Source: Dehalococcoidia bacterium (lineage in GTDB: Bacteria > Chloroflexota > Dehalococcoidia > Lucifugimonadales > UBA3495). Taken from it: 64,000 bases of DNA. Of the stretch, positions 45,360 through 53,787 are shown in pieces (the first letter of the stretch is position 1; each line of letters starts with the position of its first letter). The notes beneath the pieces were generated by a model. The model ran no database searches. It was not told the origin of the DNA and was given only the letters and a program-made list of their open reading frames with translations. The stretch spans positions 19,374-83,373 of the forward strand of contig CBDCPE010000003.1 of NCBI GenBank assembly GCA_965220055.1, written 5' to 3'. A program made the translations under genes and the position numbers.

Positions 45360-46247
45360 TTGACACTGCCCAACAAGCAAGCCTTCATCGGTGTCGGCAC
45401 CATGGGCAGCCTGATGGCTGGGCGCCTCCTGGATGCGGGCGTCGATCTGGTGGTCTACGACCTGCGGCGCGAGGCGGCGGAACCGCTCCTTGACCGAGGA
45501 GTGCGCTGGGCATCCAGCGCCGAGGAGGCGGTGGCCGGCTGCGATATGGTCTGGACCTCGCTGCCCGGGCCAACTCAGGTCGAATCGGTGCTGCTGGGCG
45601 ACGAGGCCGGCGTGTTGTCCGCGATGGCCCCAGGAGCGGTGCTGGTGGATACAACCACCAACGATCCCGACGTGGCGCGGCGGGTGTCGAACGCCTGCAC
45701 CGAGCGTGGCTTGGCCATGCTGGACACCCCGGTGAGCGGCCGTCCGCCCATGATGACCATGATGGTCGGCGGCGACCGGGAGGTTTACGAGCGCGTGCGG
45801 AACACGTTGGGTGCGGTCGCGGCCCAGGTTTTCTACGTCGGGCCGGCGGGAGCGGGGTGTGTTGCCAAGCTGGCGACCCAGTACATGGGCTACACCAACA
45901 TGATCGCTGCCATCGAGGGGATGCTGATCGCCCGCATGGGCGGCGTGGACCCCGCGGTTCTGGCCGAGATCGTGCCCGTGAGCGCCGGAGCCAGCCGCGC
46001 CTTCAACGCCATACCCAACAGCATCCTGAACCGCAGCTTCCAGGCCGGCGGCACGCTGGACATCGTGGCCAAGGACGTCGCGTTGGCCTGTGAATTGGCG
46101 GAGCGGCTGAACGCGCCGGCCGGAACCGGCTCGGTGGCAGACGCGCTGTACAAGCGGGCGCAGGCCGAGGGCTGGGGAGACGAGGGCTATCCGATCGTGG
46201 CCCGCATACTCGAAGCGTTGGCCGGCGCGGAGTTGAGCGGAGAGTAG
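45360..46247 (+). CDS. NAD(P)-dependent oxidoreductase, 3-hydroxyisobutyrate dehydrogenase family
   Basis: FIGVGTMGSLMAGRLL Rossmann motif with an HIBADH/6PGDH-like pattern. Non-ATG start in the track. Confidence 0.8.
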   Translation: MTLPNKQAFIGVGTMGSLMAGRLLDAGVDLVVYDLRREAAEPLLDRGVRWASSAEEAVAGCDMVWTSLPGPTQVESVLLGDEAGVLSAMAPGAVLVDTTTNDPDVARRVSNACTERGLAMLDTPVSGRPPMMTMMVGGDREVYERVRNTLGAVAAQVFYVGPAGAGCVAKLATQYMGYTNMIAAIEGMLIARMGGVDPAVLAEIVPVSAGASRAFNAIPNSILNRSFQAGGTLDIVAKDVALACELAERLNAPAGTGSVADALYKRAQAEGWGDEGYPIVARILEALAGAELSGE

Positions 46248-46253
46248 AACCCG

Positions 46254-46670
46254 CTAACGTGCTCTCCGGTTGGAGTCGGATTCGTCAGACAGAATGCTGG
46301 CCACTTCAGGGGGAAGCTCTACGCCGTGCTCTGCCAACGTCTTGCTGATCCGCTCGCGCTCTTCTTGACGCCCCTCACGTCGCCCCTTTTGGCGTCCTCT
46401 CTCGGCGGCCCTTTTCTCAACGGCTTCTTTGGCAGCGAACCACATCTGCAAAACTCCATACAGCGCCAGAGTGGCGGGGAACAGCAGCAGCGTAGCCACT
46501 ATTATCACGCCGTCCTCCTGTCCCGTCAGTGCTTTGAGGTACTCGATACCCCACAATACGGAGCAGGATTCACAACTACCGATCACCGCCGCGATCAGCA
46601 TACTGGCGCTCACCGACAGTGAACCGTCGATGAAACGCCACAATGACCGATTGCTGTCGTTCGTATCCAT
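46254..46670 (-). CDS. Hypothetical membrane protein with a basic C-terminal tail
   Basis: Two or three hydrophobic segments, then a KRAAERGRQKGRREGRQEERER tail. Start chosen at MDTNDSN. Confidence 0.45.
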   Translation of the reverse strand: MDTNDSNRSLWRFIDGSLSVSASMLIAAVIGSCESCSVLWGIEYLKALTGQEDGVIIVATLLLFPATLALYGVLQMWFAAKEAVEKRAAERGRQKGRREGRQEERERISKTLAEHGVELPPEVASILSDESDSNRRAR

Positions 46671-46897
46671 TGTATCAGCCAGTCGGACTCCGTCCACCAT
46701 GGGACTCCGTACACCGCAGCAGCAAGAGCAAGCTGGCCGTCTGGTGATGGGACGGATATCGCTCATTTTACAACGACCGACTTGCGATGATCGACTTGAC
46801 CTTGCCTGCGTAGCGGCAACACATGCCACGGGTCAACATCCGTCTCCGGCGGTGTGATACCATTCGGCAACGCGAGCCGCGCCCGGAGGGGGACAGC

Positions 46898-48274
46898 ATG
46901 GCGATCACGTTCCAACCCAGCAGTTACAGCGGCCTGGTTGACCAGGACAACGGCATGGTCAGCCGGGAGATTTTCGTAAATTCCGACATCTACGCCGAGG
47001 AACAGGAGCGAATATTCACTCGTGCGTGGCTGTTCGTTGGCCACGAGAGCCAGGTGTCCAAGCCGGGCGACTTCTTCGTGTCGTCCATGGGCGAGGAATC
47101 GGTGATACTGTGCCGCGACCGGCAGGGCGAGGTCCACGTGTTCCTCAATTCCTGCATGCACCGAGGCATGAAGGTCTGCCGCTACGACGAAGGCAACACT
47201 CCCATTTTCACGTGTCCCTATCACGGTTGGAGCTTCGCCACCGACGGCGCGCTCGTGGGTGTTCCTTTCTATAAGGACGCCTACCACGAGGAGTTGGACA
47301 AGTCCCAGTGGGGACTGATCCGCGTGCCCAGGATCACCAACTACAAGGGCGGAATCTGGGCGACGTGGGATCCCAACGCCCCCGACTTCCTCGAATACAT
47401 CGGCGGCTTCCGCACCTACCTGGACATCCTATTCGACGGGTGGGACGGCAGCGAGGGCGGCACCGAGATCATCGGCGGCATCGAGAAATGGATGGTGCCC
47501 AGCAACTGGAAGTTCCCCGCCGAGAACTTCATCGGAGACCGCTACCACAACATCAGCCACCGCTCCGTTGACCTGGTGGGCATCGGCCCGTCCGGCCAGG
47601 GACGACGTGACAACCGAGATCGCGAGGGCGCCAAGTCCCTGGACGTATCCTTCCCGGAACGGGGCCACGGCACCGTCATGTTCCTGCGACCCGAAGATGC
47701 GCAGCCGGTTGCGTCCTACCAGAATGATCCGATCGTCGCCGATTATTTCTACGCGTGCGAGATCGCGCGCAAGGAACGACAGGGCCAGTTGTGGCGCATA
47801 CTGGCCGGGCCTGGGACGATTTTCCCCAACATGTCATTCCTGCCCCGGCAGCCGCGCAGCATCGCCGTGTGGCACCCGCGCGGCCCCGACCAGACCGAGG
47901 TCTGGCGGTGGTTCCTGGTTGACAGCTCCGCGCCGCCCGAAGTCAAGGAGTTCCTGCGCCAGTACTACATCCGGTACTCCGGCCCCGCCGGGTTGACCGA
48001 GCAGGACGACATGGAGAACTGGAACTACGCCCACGCCGCTAGCCGCGGTGCAATGGCCCGACGCCATCATTACAACTACCAGATGGGCATGGGCTACGCG
48101 GTTACCGATTTCGAGGACGGCGGGCTGAAGCTTCCCGGCACCGTTTTGGACACCACCAAGGCGCGGGCCGGCGAGCAGAACCAACGGGGTTTCTACAGCC
48201 GGTGGCGGGATTTCATGGCGGCGCGGGACTGGGACGAGCTGGCCACTTGGCGCAGCAACGGCTCGGCCTGCTAG
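46898..48274 (+). CDS. Aromatic ring-hydroxylating dioxygenase, alpha subunit (Rieske)
   Basis: Rieske motif CMHRG..(17)..CPYHGW. Start MAITFQ has a GGAGGGGG RBS. Confidence 0.9.
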   Translation: MAITFQPSSYSGLVDQDNGMVSREIFVNSDIYAEEQERIFTRAWLFVGHESQVSKPGDFFVSSMGEESVILCRDRQGEVHVFLNSCMHRGMKVCRYDEGNTPIFTCPYHGWSFATDGALVGVPFYKDAYHEELDKSQWGLIRVPRITNYKGGIWATWDPNAPDFLEYIGGFRTYLDILFDGWDGSEGGTEIIGGIEKWMVPSNWKFPAENFIGDRYHNISHRSVDLVGIGPSGQGRRDNRDREGAKSLDVSFPERGHGTVMFLRPEDAQPVASYQNDPIVADYFYACEIARKERQGQLWRILAGPGTIFPNMSFLPRQPRSIAVWHPRGPDQTEVWRWFLVDSSAPPEVKEFLRQYYIRYSGPAGLTEQDDMENWNYAHAASRGAMARRHHYNYQMGMGYAVTDFEDGGLKLPGTVLDTTKARAGEQNQRGFYSRWRDFMAARDWDELATWRSNGSAC

Positions 48275-48282
48275 GTGGCATC

Positions 48283-48828
48283 ATGGTGGTTGCCAACGAC
48301 CCGCTGGCAATGCTGCTGCTGAAGCAGGACGTGGAAGCGTTCCTGTACCACGAGGCCAACCTGCTGGACGACCGGCGGTACGAGGAATGGCTGGATCTGC
48401 TTAGTGACGACGTGCGCTACTGGGTGCCGATGCGCCGCAACGTCAAATTCGGCGAACTGGAGCGTGAGTTCACCCGGGAGGGCCAGGACATCAACTGGTT
48501 TGATGAAGGCAAACAGACATTGACGCAGCGGGTCAGACAGATCCTGACCGGCGTCCACTGGGCCGAGGAACCGCTGTCGCGCATCTCGCACTTGGTAACC
48601 AACGTGGAGGTAACCGACGCGACACCCAGCGCCTCGGACGCCGAAGAGGTATCCCTGCGCTGCCGGTTCATCATCTACCGCAACCGTGTCGCCACCGAGA
48701 CCGACATCCTGGTGGGCCGTCGTGAGGACATGCTGCGCCGGGTTGACGGAGAGTGGCAGATCGCGCAGCGGCAGGTCTTCCTCGACCAGAACGTGCTCCT
48801 CGCTAAGAACCTGACGTTCTTCTTCTGA
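48283..48828 (+). CDS. Aromatic ring-hydroxylating dioxygenase, beta subunit
   Basis: ..VEAFLYHEANLLDDRRYEEWLDLLSDDVRYWVP is a typical small-subunit (SnoaL-like) pattern. Confidence 0.85.
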   Translation: MVVANDPLAMLLLKQDVEAFLYHEANLLDDRRYEEWLDLLSDDVRYWVPMRRNVKFGELEREFTREGQDINWFDEGKQTLTQRVRQILTGVHWAEEPLSRISHLVTNVEVTDATPSASDAEEVSLRCRFIIYRNRVATETDILVGRREDMLRRVDGEWQIAQRQVFLDQNVLLAKNLTFFF

Positions 48829-48864
48829 TCCTGTAGCATTCCCCGGGTCGGCGAGGGTCTTGGG

Positions 48865-49710
48865 ATGACACTGACGAAGCGAACCGGCGCGACCGGTGGC
48901 AGCGCACGAACCACGGTTGGGCTTCCGGACCCCGATGCGCCGGACCCCCATGCGATCATCGTTGTGCGGGCAGTGTTTGACCAGGTGCGGCCGGTTCAGG
49001 CAATCCTGTTCGGCTCTCGGGCACGCGGCGCTTATCGAACGGACTCCGATATCGACATCGCCATCATCACCGCGGAGCCGGTGCCGGACAATCGCCGTCT
49101 GGACATCGACGGGACCGCCGCGCGCACGTCGACGGCCTTGCATCCAGATACACCCAAGGCGGATGTGTCGTTCCTGACCGTCGCGGAGTTCCTTGCGGAC
49201 CGGGTCAAGAAAAACACGCTGGCCAACTCGATAGCGAAGCAGGGGGCGCACATCACGGAGGGCGACGACAACGCAATGCCCGAACAGCTGGATGAAGAAC
49301 CCGTCAATTGGGCTGATGTTGACGCCAGGGTGACGAGTGCCCAGGAAGCGGTGACCGACCTGGAAGTTCTGGCGGGTAACGCACGGTCATCGGAAAGGAT
49401 CGTAGGGTACGCCGCCCAACAGGCATTAGAACACGCTTACAAGGCGCTGATCGCCGCACACGGCGAAGCCTATCCCACCAGCGGGCGGGACGGACACAAC
49501 CTGCGGATCCTGGTCATCAGGGTACGGGAAGTCATGGGGCAGGAGCTTCAGGTTCCCGGCGCAGGCTGGCAAAGCCTTACGGCTTACGCCGGTGGTGGGC
49601 GGTATCAGGATGATCAGCCGACTTTGGGTGACCGGCAAAGTCTGTCCCGCGAAATATCCGCCGCCGTAGCCGATATAGTCGGTCACATCCCGCAACGCGA
49701 CCAACCTTAG
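48865..49710 (+). CDS. Nucleotidyltransferase (MNT-like) - HEPN domain fusion protein
   Basis: ..AILFGSRARGAYRTDSDIDIAIIT (GS-x9-DxD NTase motif), then a helical C-terminal half ..ALEHAYKALIAAHG..GHNLRILV. Confidence 0.65.
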   Translation: MTLTKRTGATGGSARTTVGLPDPDAPDPHAIIVVRAVFDQVRPVQAILFGSRARGAYRTDSDIDIAIITAEPVPDNRRLDIDGTAARTSTALHPDTPKADVSFLTVAEFLADRVKKNTLANSIAKQGAHITEGDDNAMPEQLDEEPVNWADVDARVTSAQEAVTDLEVLAGNARSSERIVGYAAQQALEHAYKALIAAHGEAYPTSGRDGHNLRILVIRVREVMGQELQVPGAGWQSLTAYAGGGRYQDDQPTLGDRQSLSREISAAVADIVGHIPQRDQP

Positions 49711-49729
49711 AGCATCAGGACGCAGAGCC

Positions 49730-49936
49730 ATGGCAGACATCGTGAACCTGTTTGAAGTGGAGCCGGGCCAGACCGTGCGGCTCCACAGCGAAGCCACCGC
49801 AGAGGTGGTCTCCAACCCCAAGGACGGCGTGTGGCTTTTCGTGCGCTACCTGACCAGCCCCGAGGACCCCGCCCAGGTCGGTGAAGAGGACATGGTCTTC
49901 GCCCAGGACGTCCTGGAACTGATCGCGCCGGACTGA
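49730..49936 (+). CDS. Hypothetical small protein (68 aa)
   Basis: ORF only. Confidence 0.4.
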   Translation: MADIVNLFEVEPGQTVRLHSEATAEVVSNPKDGVWLFVRYLTSPEDPAQVGEEDMVFAQDVLELIAPD

Positions 49937-49941
49937 CACTA

Positions 49942-50175
49942 GTGGTTGATGTGGCAACCGGCGACCCCGAGAGGGGACTGGCAACTCCGTATCGGGAAGA
50001 GATACTGGCCGCGCTGCGTGCCGGCTATCGCTCGATTGACGACGGTTATGGGTTCTACCCGGGGTTTGACGGCTGGCTGGAGTCCTTGGGGTACCAACGC
50101 CGGGACGATATACCGTGCAACTGCCCGGACGGTGGGTATCGGGGCCATTTGCCGGAATGCCGTTGGGTGCGGTGA
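49942..50175 (+). CDS. Hypothetical small protein (77 aa)
   Basis: ORF only; contains a Cys/His cluster CNCPDGGYRGHLPEC. Confidence 0.35.
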   Translation: MVDVATGDPERGLATPYREEILAALRAGYRSIDDGYGFYPGFDGWLESLGYQRRDDIPCNCPDGGYRGHLPECRWVR

Positions 50176-50200
50176 TCGCTAGTCGCCGCTCGCGACAAGT

Positions 50201-50337
50201 CTCGCCCGTACCCCCTTTCGCGAGAACTGTCATTGCGATGAGCGAAGCGCGGCAATCTCGTTAGCAGCAGAGTCGTCCAGGCGCCGGGATTGCGACGTCC
50301 CTTCGCTCATCGCAACGACAAACTGGGTATGCGTGAG
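50201..50337. repeat. MITE/REP-like palindromic element, long copy
   Basis: The ends resemble element 16560-16642 (CTCGCCCGTACCCCCTTTCGCGAGAACTGTCATTGC... ...TGGGTATGCGTGAG). Internal 19-bp inverted arms at 50229-50247 and 50301-50319. Confidence 0.65.
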
Positions 50338-50407
50338 GGTGACAATTCCCTTGCACAATTCAACAAGCGCGCCAACGGCGCGAAATTGATTCATGGAGTG
50401 ATGAACA

Positions 50408-51217
50408 ATGTCCCAACAGATGGTTGACCTGATGGAAGCGGTGTGGAAGTCGATCGACGGCTTATGCACCGGACTTGCCCAGGAGCAGTGGGCCTTGCCT
50501 ACCGAGTGTCCCGGCTGGTCAGTGCAGGACCAGGTGTCGCACCTGGTGGGCAGCGAGTGCCGGATTTTGGGTCGCCCCGCGCCTGCCCACGAGCCGGCTG
50601 ACACGGCCCACGTGCGTAACGAGGTGGGACAGGGCAACGAAGTGTTGGTGGACTACCGCCGGCAGTTCAGCGGAGCCGACGTGCTGGCCGAGTTCCGGGA
50701 GATCACCGGCGAGCGGATGGGCGTGCTGCGCGGTATGTCGGACGCCGACTTCGCTGCCGAGACGGATAACCCCCTGGGCCGCGGCCCCTACACCGACCTG
50801 CTGGCCATCCGCATCTACGACGCCTGGGTACACGAGCAGGATATGCGGCGCACGCTGGGCATCCCCGGACACCTGTCCGGCCCCGTGGCCCAGCACGCCT
50901 ACGGGCGCACCCAAGCAGCGATGCCCTTCGTGGTCGGCCGCAAGGTGAAGCCCGATGACGGTACGACGGTGGTGTTCGAAATCACCGGCGACGCGGGCGG
51001 TACGATCGCCCTGAACATGGACGGCGGGCGAGCGAACAGGATGAATCCCGCACCGGACGCCCCGACGGTACGGCTCACCATGGGCCTGGAACCGTTCAAC
51101 GCGCTGGGCACCGGCCGCTGGACAGCCGCGCACGCGCTGGGCAACGGCTCAGTGGCAATTGACGGTGACCGGTCGCTGGGAGAGCGCATCGTCAGCGAGA
51201 TGAACTTTATGATTTAA
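50408..51217 (+). CDS. DinB-like / maleylpyruvate isomerase N-terminal domain family (mycothiol-dependent enzyme-like) protein
   Basis: ..LTGLAQEQWALPTECPGWSVQDQVSHLVG is a typical TIGR03083-like N-terminus. Confidence 0.75.
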   Translation: MSQQMVDLMEAVWKSIDGLCTGLAQEQWALPTECPGWSVQDQVSHLVGSECRILGRPAPAHEPADTAHVRNEVGQGNEVLVDYRRQFSGADVLAEFREITGERMGVLRGMSDADFAAETDNPLGRGPYTDLLAIRIYDAWVHEQDMRRTLGIPGHLSGPVAQHAYGRTQAAMPFVVGRKVKPDDGTTVVFEITGDAGGTIALNMDGGRANRMNPAPDAPTVRLTMGLEPFNALGTGRWTAAHALGNGSVAIDGDRSLGERIVSEMNFMI

Positions 51218-51256
51218 GGAACGCAGCGTCGTACAACCTCATTTGCGCCACCACCT

Positions 51257-51457
51257 ATGCCGAAAGTTAGGGATGCCATTCGGCTGGTTGAAGCAGATGG
51301 TTGGCAGCAAGTTCGCACACGGGGTAGCCACCGCCAATTCAAGCACCCAGAGAAAGCAGGAACTGTCACCATAGCCGGACATCCGGGAGATGACGTGGCG
51401 CCGGGAACATGGCTGAGCATTCTTCGCCAGGCCGGACTGAGGGAGGAAAACCGATGA
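51257..51457 (+). CDS. hicA: HicA mRNA-interferase toxin
   Basis: ..LVEADGWQQVRTRGSHRQFKHPEKAGTVTIAGH..D.APGT...ILRQAGL. Confidence 0.85.
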   Translation: MPKVRDAIRLVEADGWQQVRTRGSHRQFKHPEKAGTVTIAGHPGDDVAPGTWLSILRQAGLREENR

Positions 51458-51780
51458 AGCTGCAATATTCAGTGGTTATCGAGCGGACGGCCAACAACTA
51501 CTGCGCTTACGTACCGGACTTGCCGGGCTGCATCGCCACAGGCCGAACGTGGGAAGAGATCCAAGACGAAATACGTGGAGCGATCGCATTCCACATCGAA
51601 GGTCTGCTGGGGGATGGCGACGTCATCCCGGAGCCGCGCCTATCGGTGGCAGGAGCCGCAGCATACCACAGTAACAACGCCTTTCCCTCGGCCGAATGGC
51701 CCGAAACGGCGGAGTTGGTTGCGGTAGTGGCCGTGGAAGCAAATCTTGGCGCGGAGCCTGCGGCAAGGGGCTACCGCTGA
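51454..51780 (+). CDS. hicB: HicB antitoxin
   Basis: MKLQYSVVIERTANNYCAYVPDLPGCIATGRTWEEI... Its ATG overlaps the hicA stop (ATGA). Confidence 0.85.
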   Translation: MKLQYSVVIERTANNYCAYVPDLPGCIATGRTWEEIQDEIRGAIAFHIEGLLGDGDVIPEPRLSVAGAAAYHSNNAFPSAEWPETAELVAVVAVEANLGAEPAARGYR

Positions 51781-52105
51781 TACCGCGGTGGACCCAGCGC
51801 ATCAACGGAAATCCCGTATCGCCAAGTCGGCCGTACGGGACGGGTTTGTGCAATTGCCTATCGACGGTGCTTTGGGAGAGCGCATCGCTGGGGGTTAATG
51901 ATTTGGGCCAGGACATTTGCAGCTTTCCTACCTGACGGCGCCACTGCCGTCCCATATTGCTCGGCGGCCGCACCGATTTCAGACCGATGAGGTTCCGCGA
52001 ACGGGGATCAGGTTGATAGCGGCACGTAGCGTTGATAAAACAATTGCCTCCCCCTGCACAATTGATTGGCCTCCTGTAAGTTAGCAGCAGGCATGGAGGC
52101 TCGAC

Positions 52106-52342
52106 ATGTTATCGTTTGATACTGAACTCAACCAATCGGAGCCGTCGGCCGAACGCGAAGTAGTCGTGACGTCGGAAAACCGTAATTTGGCCCGTCAGGA
52201 GTTGGAGCGGCTCGACAATATGCTGCGGGATGTGCAGACGGAAATAAGGAAGCTCCGAGAGCGCGAGCAAGCGGTTCTGGCTCAGTTAGAAGCATGGAAA
52301 GTGATCGCGAACTCGGCGCTGCACGTATCGCGGAACTGGTGA
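52106..52342 (+). CDS. Hypothetical coiled-coil protein (78 aa)
   Basis: Heptad-like ..LARQELERLDNMLRDVQTEIRKLREREQAVLAQLEAW.. in a lower-GC region. Confidence 0.4.
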   Translation: MLSFDTELNQSEPSAEREVVVTSENRNLARQELERLDNMLRDVQTEIRKLREREQAVLAQLEAWKVIANSALHVSRNW

Positions 52343-52449
52343 AGGAATGCCAGCGTGATGGCTTGGACTACGAGGTCTGCGAGGTGGAGCCCCAGATGAT
52401 ACAAACTACAGCATAGATAAAATTAGACTTTCTCCATAGCGCCTAGTGT

Positions 52450-52475
52450 AGGCCGCAGCGAATTCGCTGCGGCCT
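52450..52475. terminator. Perfect palindrome hairpin (putative terminator)
   Basis: AGGCCGCAGCGAATTCGCTGCGGCCT followed by GTCAATTT. Confidence 0.5.
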
Positions 52476-52585
52476 GTCAATTTGCGGAATCTCCACGCAA
52501 GAAGCAGTAACGGTATGCTCGCATAGCATGTATGCTATAGGAGTAACGAGCCAGCGATCGTCGACTTTCCGAGGATACAGACGCT

Positions 52586-53173
52586 ATGTATAACGACGCT
52601 ACATCTGCTTCGCAACCGTTTTCTCCAGACGCCGACAGTCCGTCTGGAGAAGGTTCAATATCTGCTGGCGATGCCACAACGAATGGTGAAGCCGCTGTCC
52701 TGCAAGAAGTTCGGCGCCGCAGGAACGACGAGTTGGCGAAGATAGTAACCGAGCTAGAACGATTGGAAACGCAGCGGATCAAGCTTGTTCGTGACCTACT
52801 GGCCCTCGATATCCTGCTGGGGCGAGAGGTCAATATCAACGCCGCGCTTAGCGTGGACACCGCGAGAGCGTCTCAGCTCGAAAGCGTGAAACGACACGTG
52901 ATCGCGCGAAGTGGAAGTGTTCGAAGGCATCAACCGTCCGAAGTATTGGTGCAGTCAGTAGACGCTGTTCTCGAGGTCCTCCGCGATCACGAGCCACTTC
53001 ACTATAGAGAAATCTACGCCAAGGTGGCAGAGACCGGCGTGATCATTCCGGGCAAGGACCCTGCGGCCACCTTATTGGCCAGGTTCAGCCGTGACCCCCG
53101 CGTCGAACGGATATCTGCTGGCACGTACTGCTTAATACAAGATGCTGTAGCAAAAGACGCCACAGCACAATAA
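52586..53173 (+). CDS. Hypothetical protein: N-terminal coiled coil plus a C-terminal winged-helix (HARE-HTH-like) domain
   Basis: ..ELAKIVTELERLETQRIKLVRDLLALD.., then ..AVLEVLRDHEPLHYREIYAKVAETGVIIPGKDPAATLLARFSRDPRVERISAGTYCL resembles the HARE-HTH pattern. Confidence 0.5.
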   Translation: MYNDATSASQPFSPDADSPSGEGSISAGDATTNGEAAVLQEVRRRRNDELAKIVTELERLETQRIKLVRDLLALDILLGREVNINAALSVDTARASQLESVKRHVIARSGSVRRHQPSEVLVQSVDAVLEVLRDHEPLHYREIYAKVAETGVIIPGKDPAATLLARFSRDPRVERISAGTYCLIQDAVAKDATAQ

Positions 53174-53404
53174 TGACCACATTTGCTCCAAATCGCGGTG
53201 GAAATTGCGGACCAATTTGCTTGACAGATAGCAGCAGTGTGTGGCTATCATAGGACAGGATAAATTGGAGGTCATTGCCAATGTCACGCAGCCCACCATC
53301 AACAAAAACGCCCCGGGTGATTTCGAAGCCAACCGGGGCAAACGCATCGTCCGACCTCTACAGGTAAGCGCACTTCGAAAAAGTAGCGCCAAAGGAGACA
53401 CGTT

Positions 53405-53680
53405 GTGTGTAATGTACTGGATTCCTCCGATAATGGCAACTCGCCTCGGTTCACGGGAGCTGTTGGTAGAGGCCCCACACGCCTTACCCCATACGGCCAG
53501 TCAATCGACGTCGTTCGTACGGATAGCGACGAAAGGCTTTGGATAGACCTAGTCCCCACCAATCCAGAAATCATGGAGAGCCTGCGGTGCGGGGTGCGTA
53601 TCGAAGTAACGGACGTCGAGATCATTCGTCATGGACGTAGGCCCATGTGGAGAGGCAAGGTCCGCTTGGTGGAACGGTAA
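53405..53680 (+). CDS. Hypothetical protein (91 aa)
   Basis: GTG start 7 nt after an AAAGGAG RBS. No motif. Confidence 0.45.
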   Translation: MCNVLDSSDNGNSPRFTGAVGRGPTRLTPYGQSIDVVRTDSDERLWIDLVPTNPEIMESLRCGVRIEVTDVEIIRHGRRPMWRGKVRLVER

Positions 53681-53787
53681 TTGCTCCAAAGGCCCCAGGG
53701 TCACCGACCCACGCGCCGTCCACCCGCTATAATGGCCCTGACCATCGCCCTGATGGCGGGGCTGTTGTATTTAAACGGAGGTTCAGC

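Noticed and set aside
50230-50637. 135-aa minus-strand ORF.
   Set aside because: Its C-terminal part is a translation of the palindromic repeat element (50201-50337). The rest is antisense to the DinB-like gene.
53241-53546. 101-aa ORF overlapping the 91-aa ORF at 53405-53680.
   Set aside because: It has no RBS, and its second half is out of frame with the better-supported ORF, which has an AAAGGAG RBS. Its 5' 145 nt may be untranslated leader.
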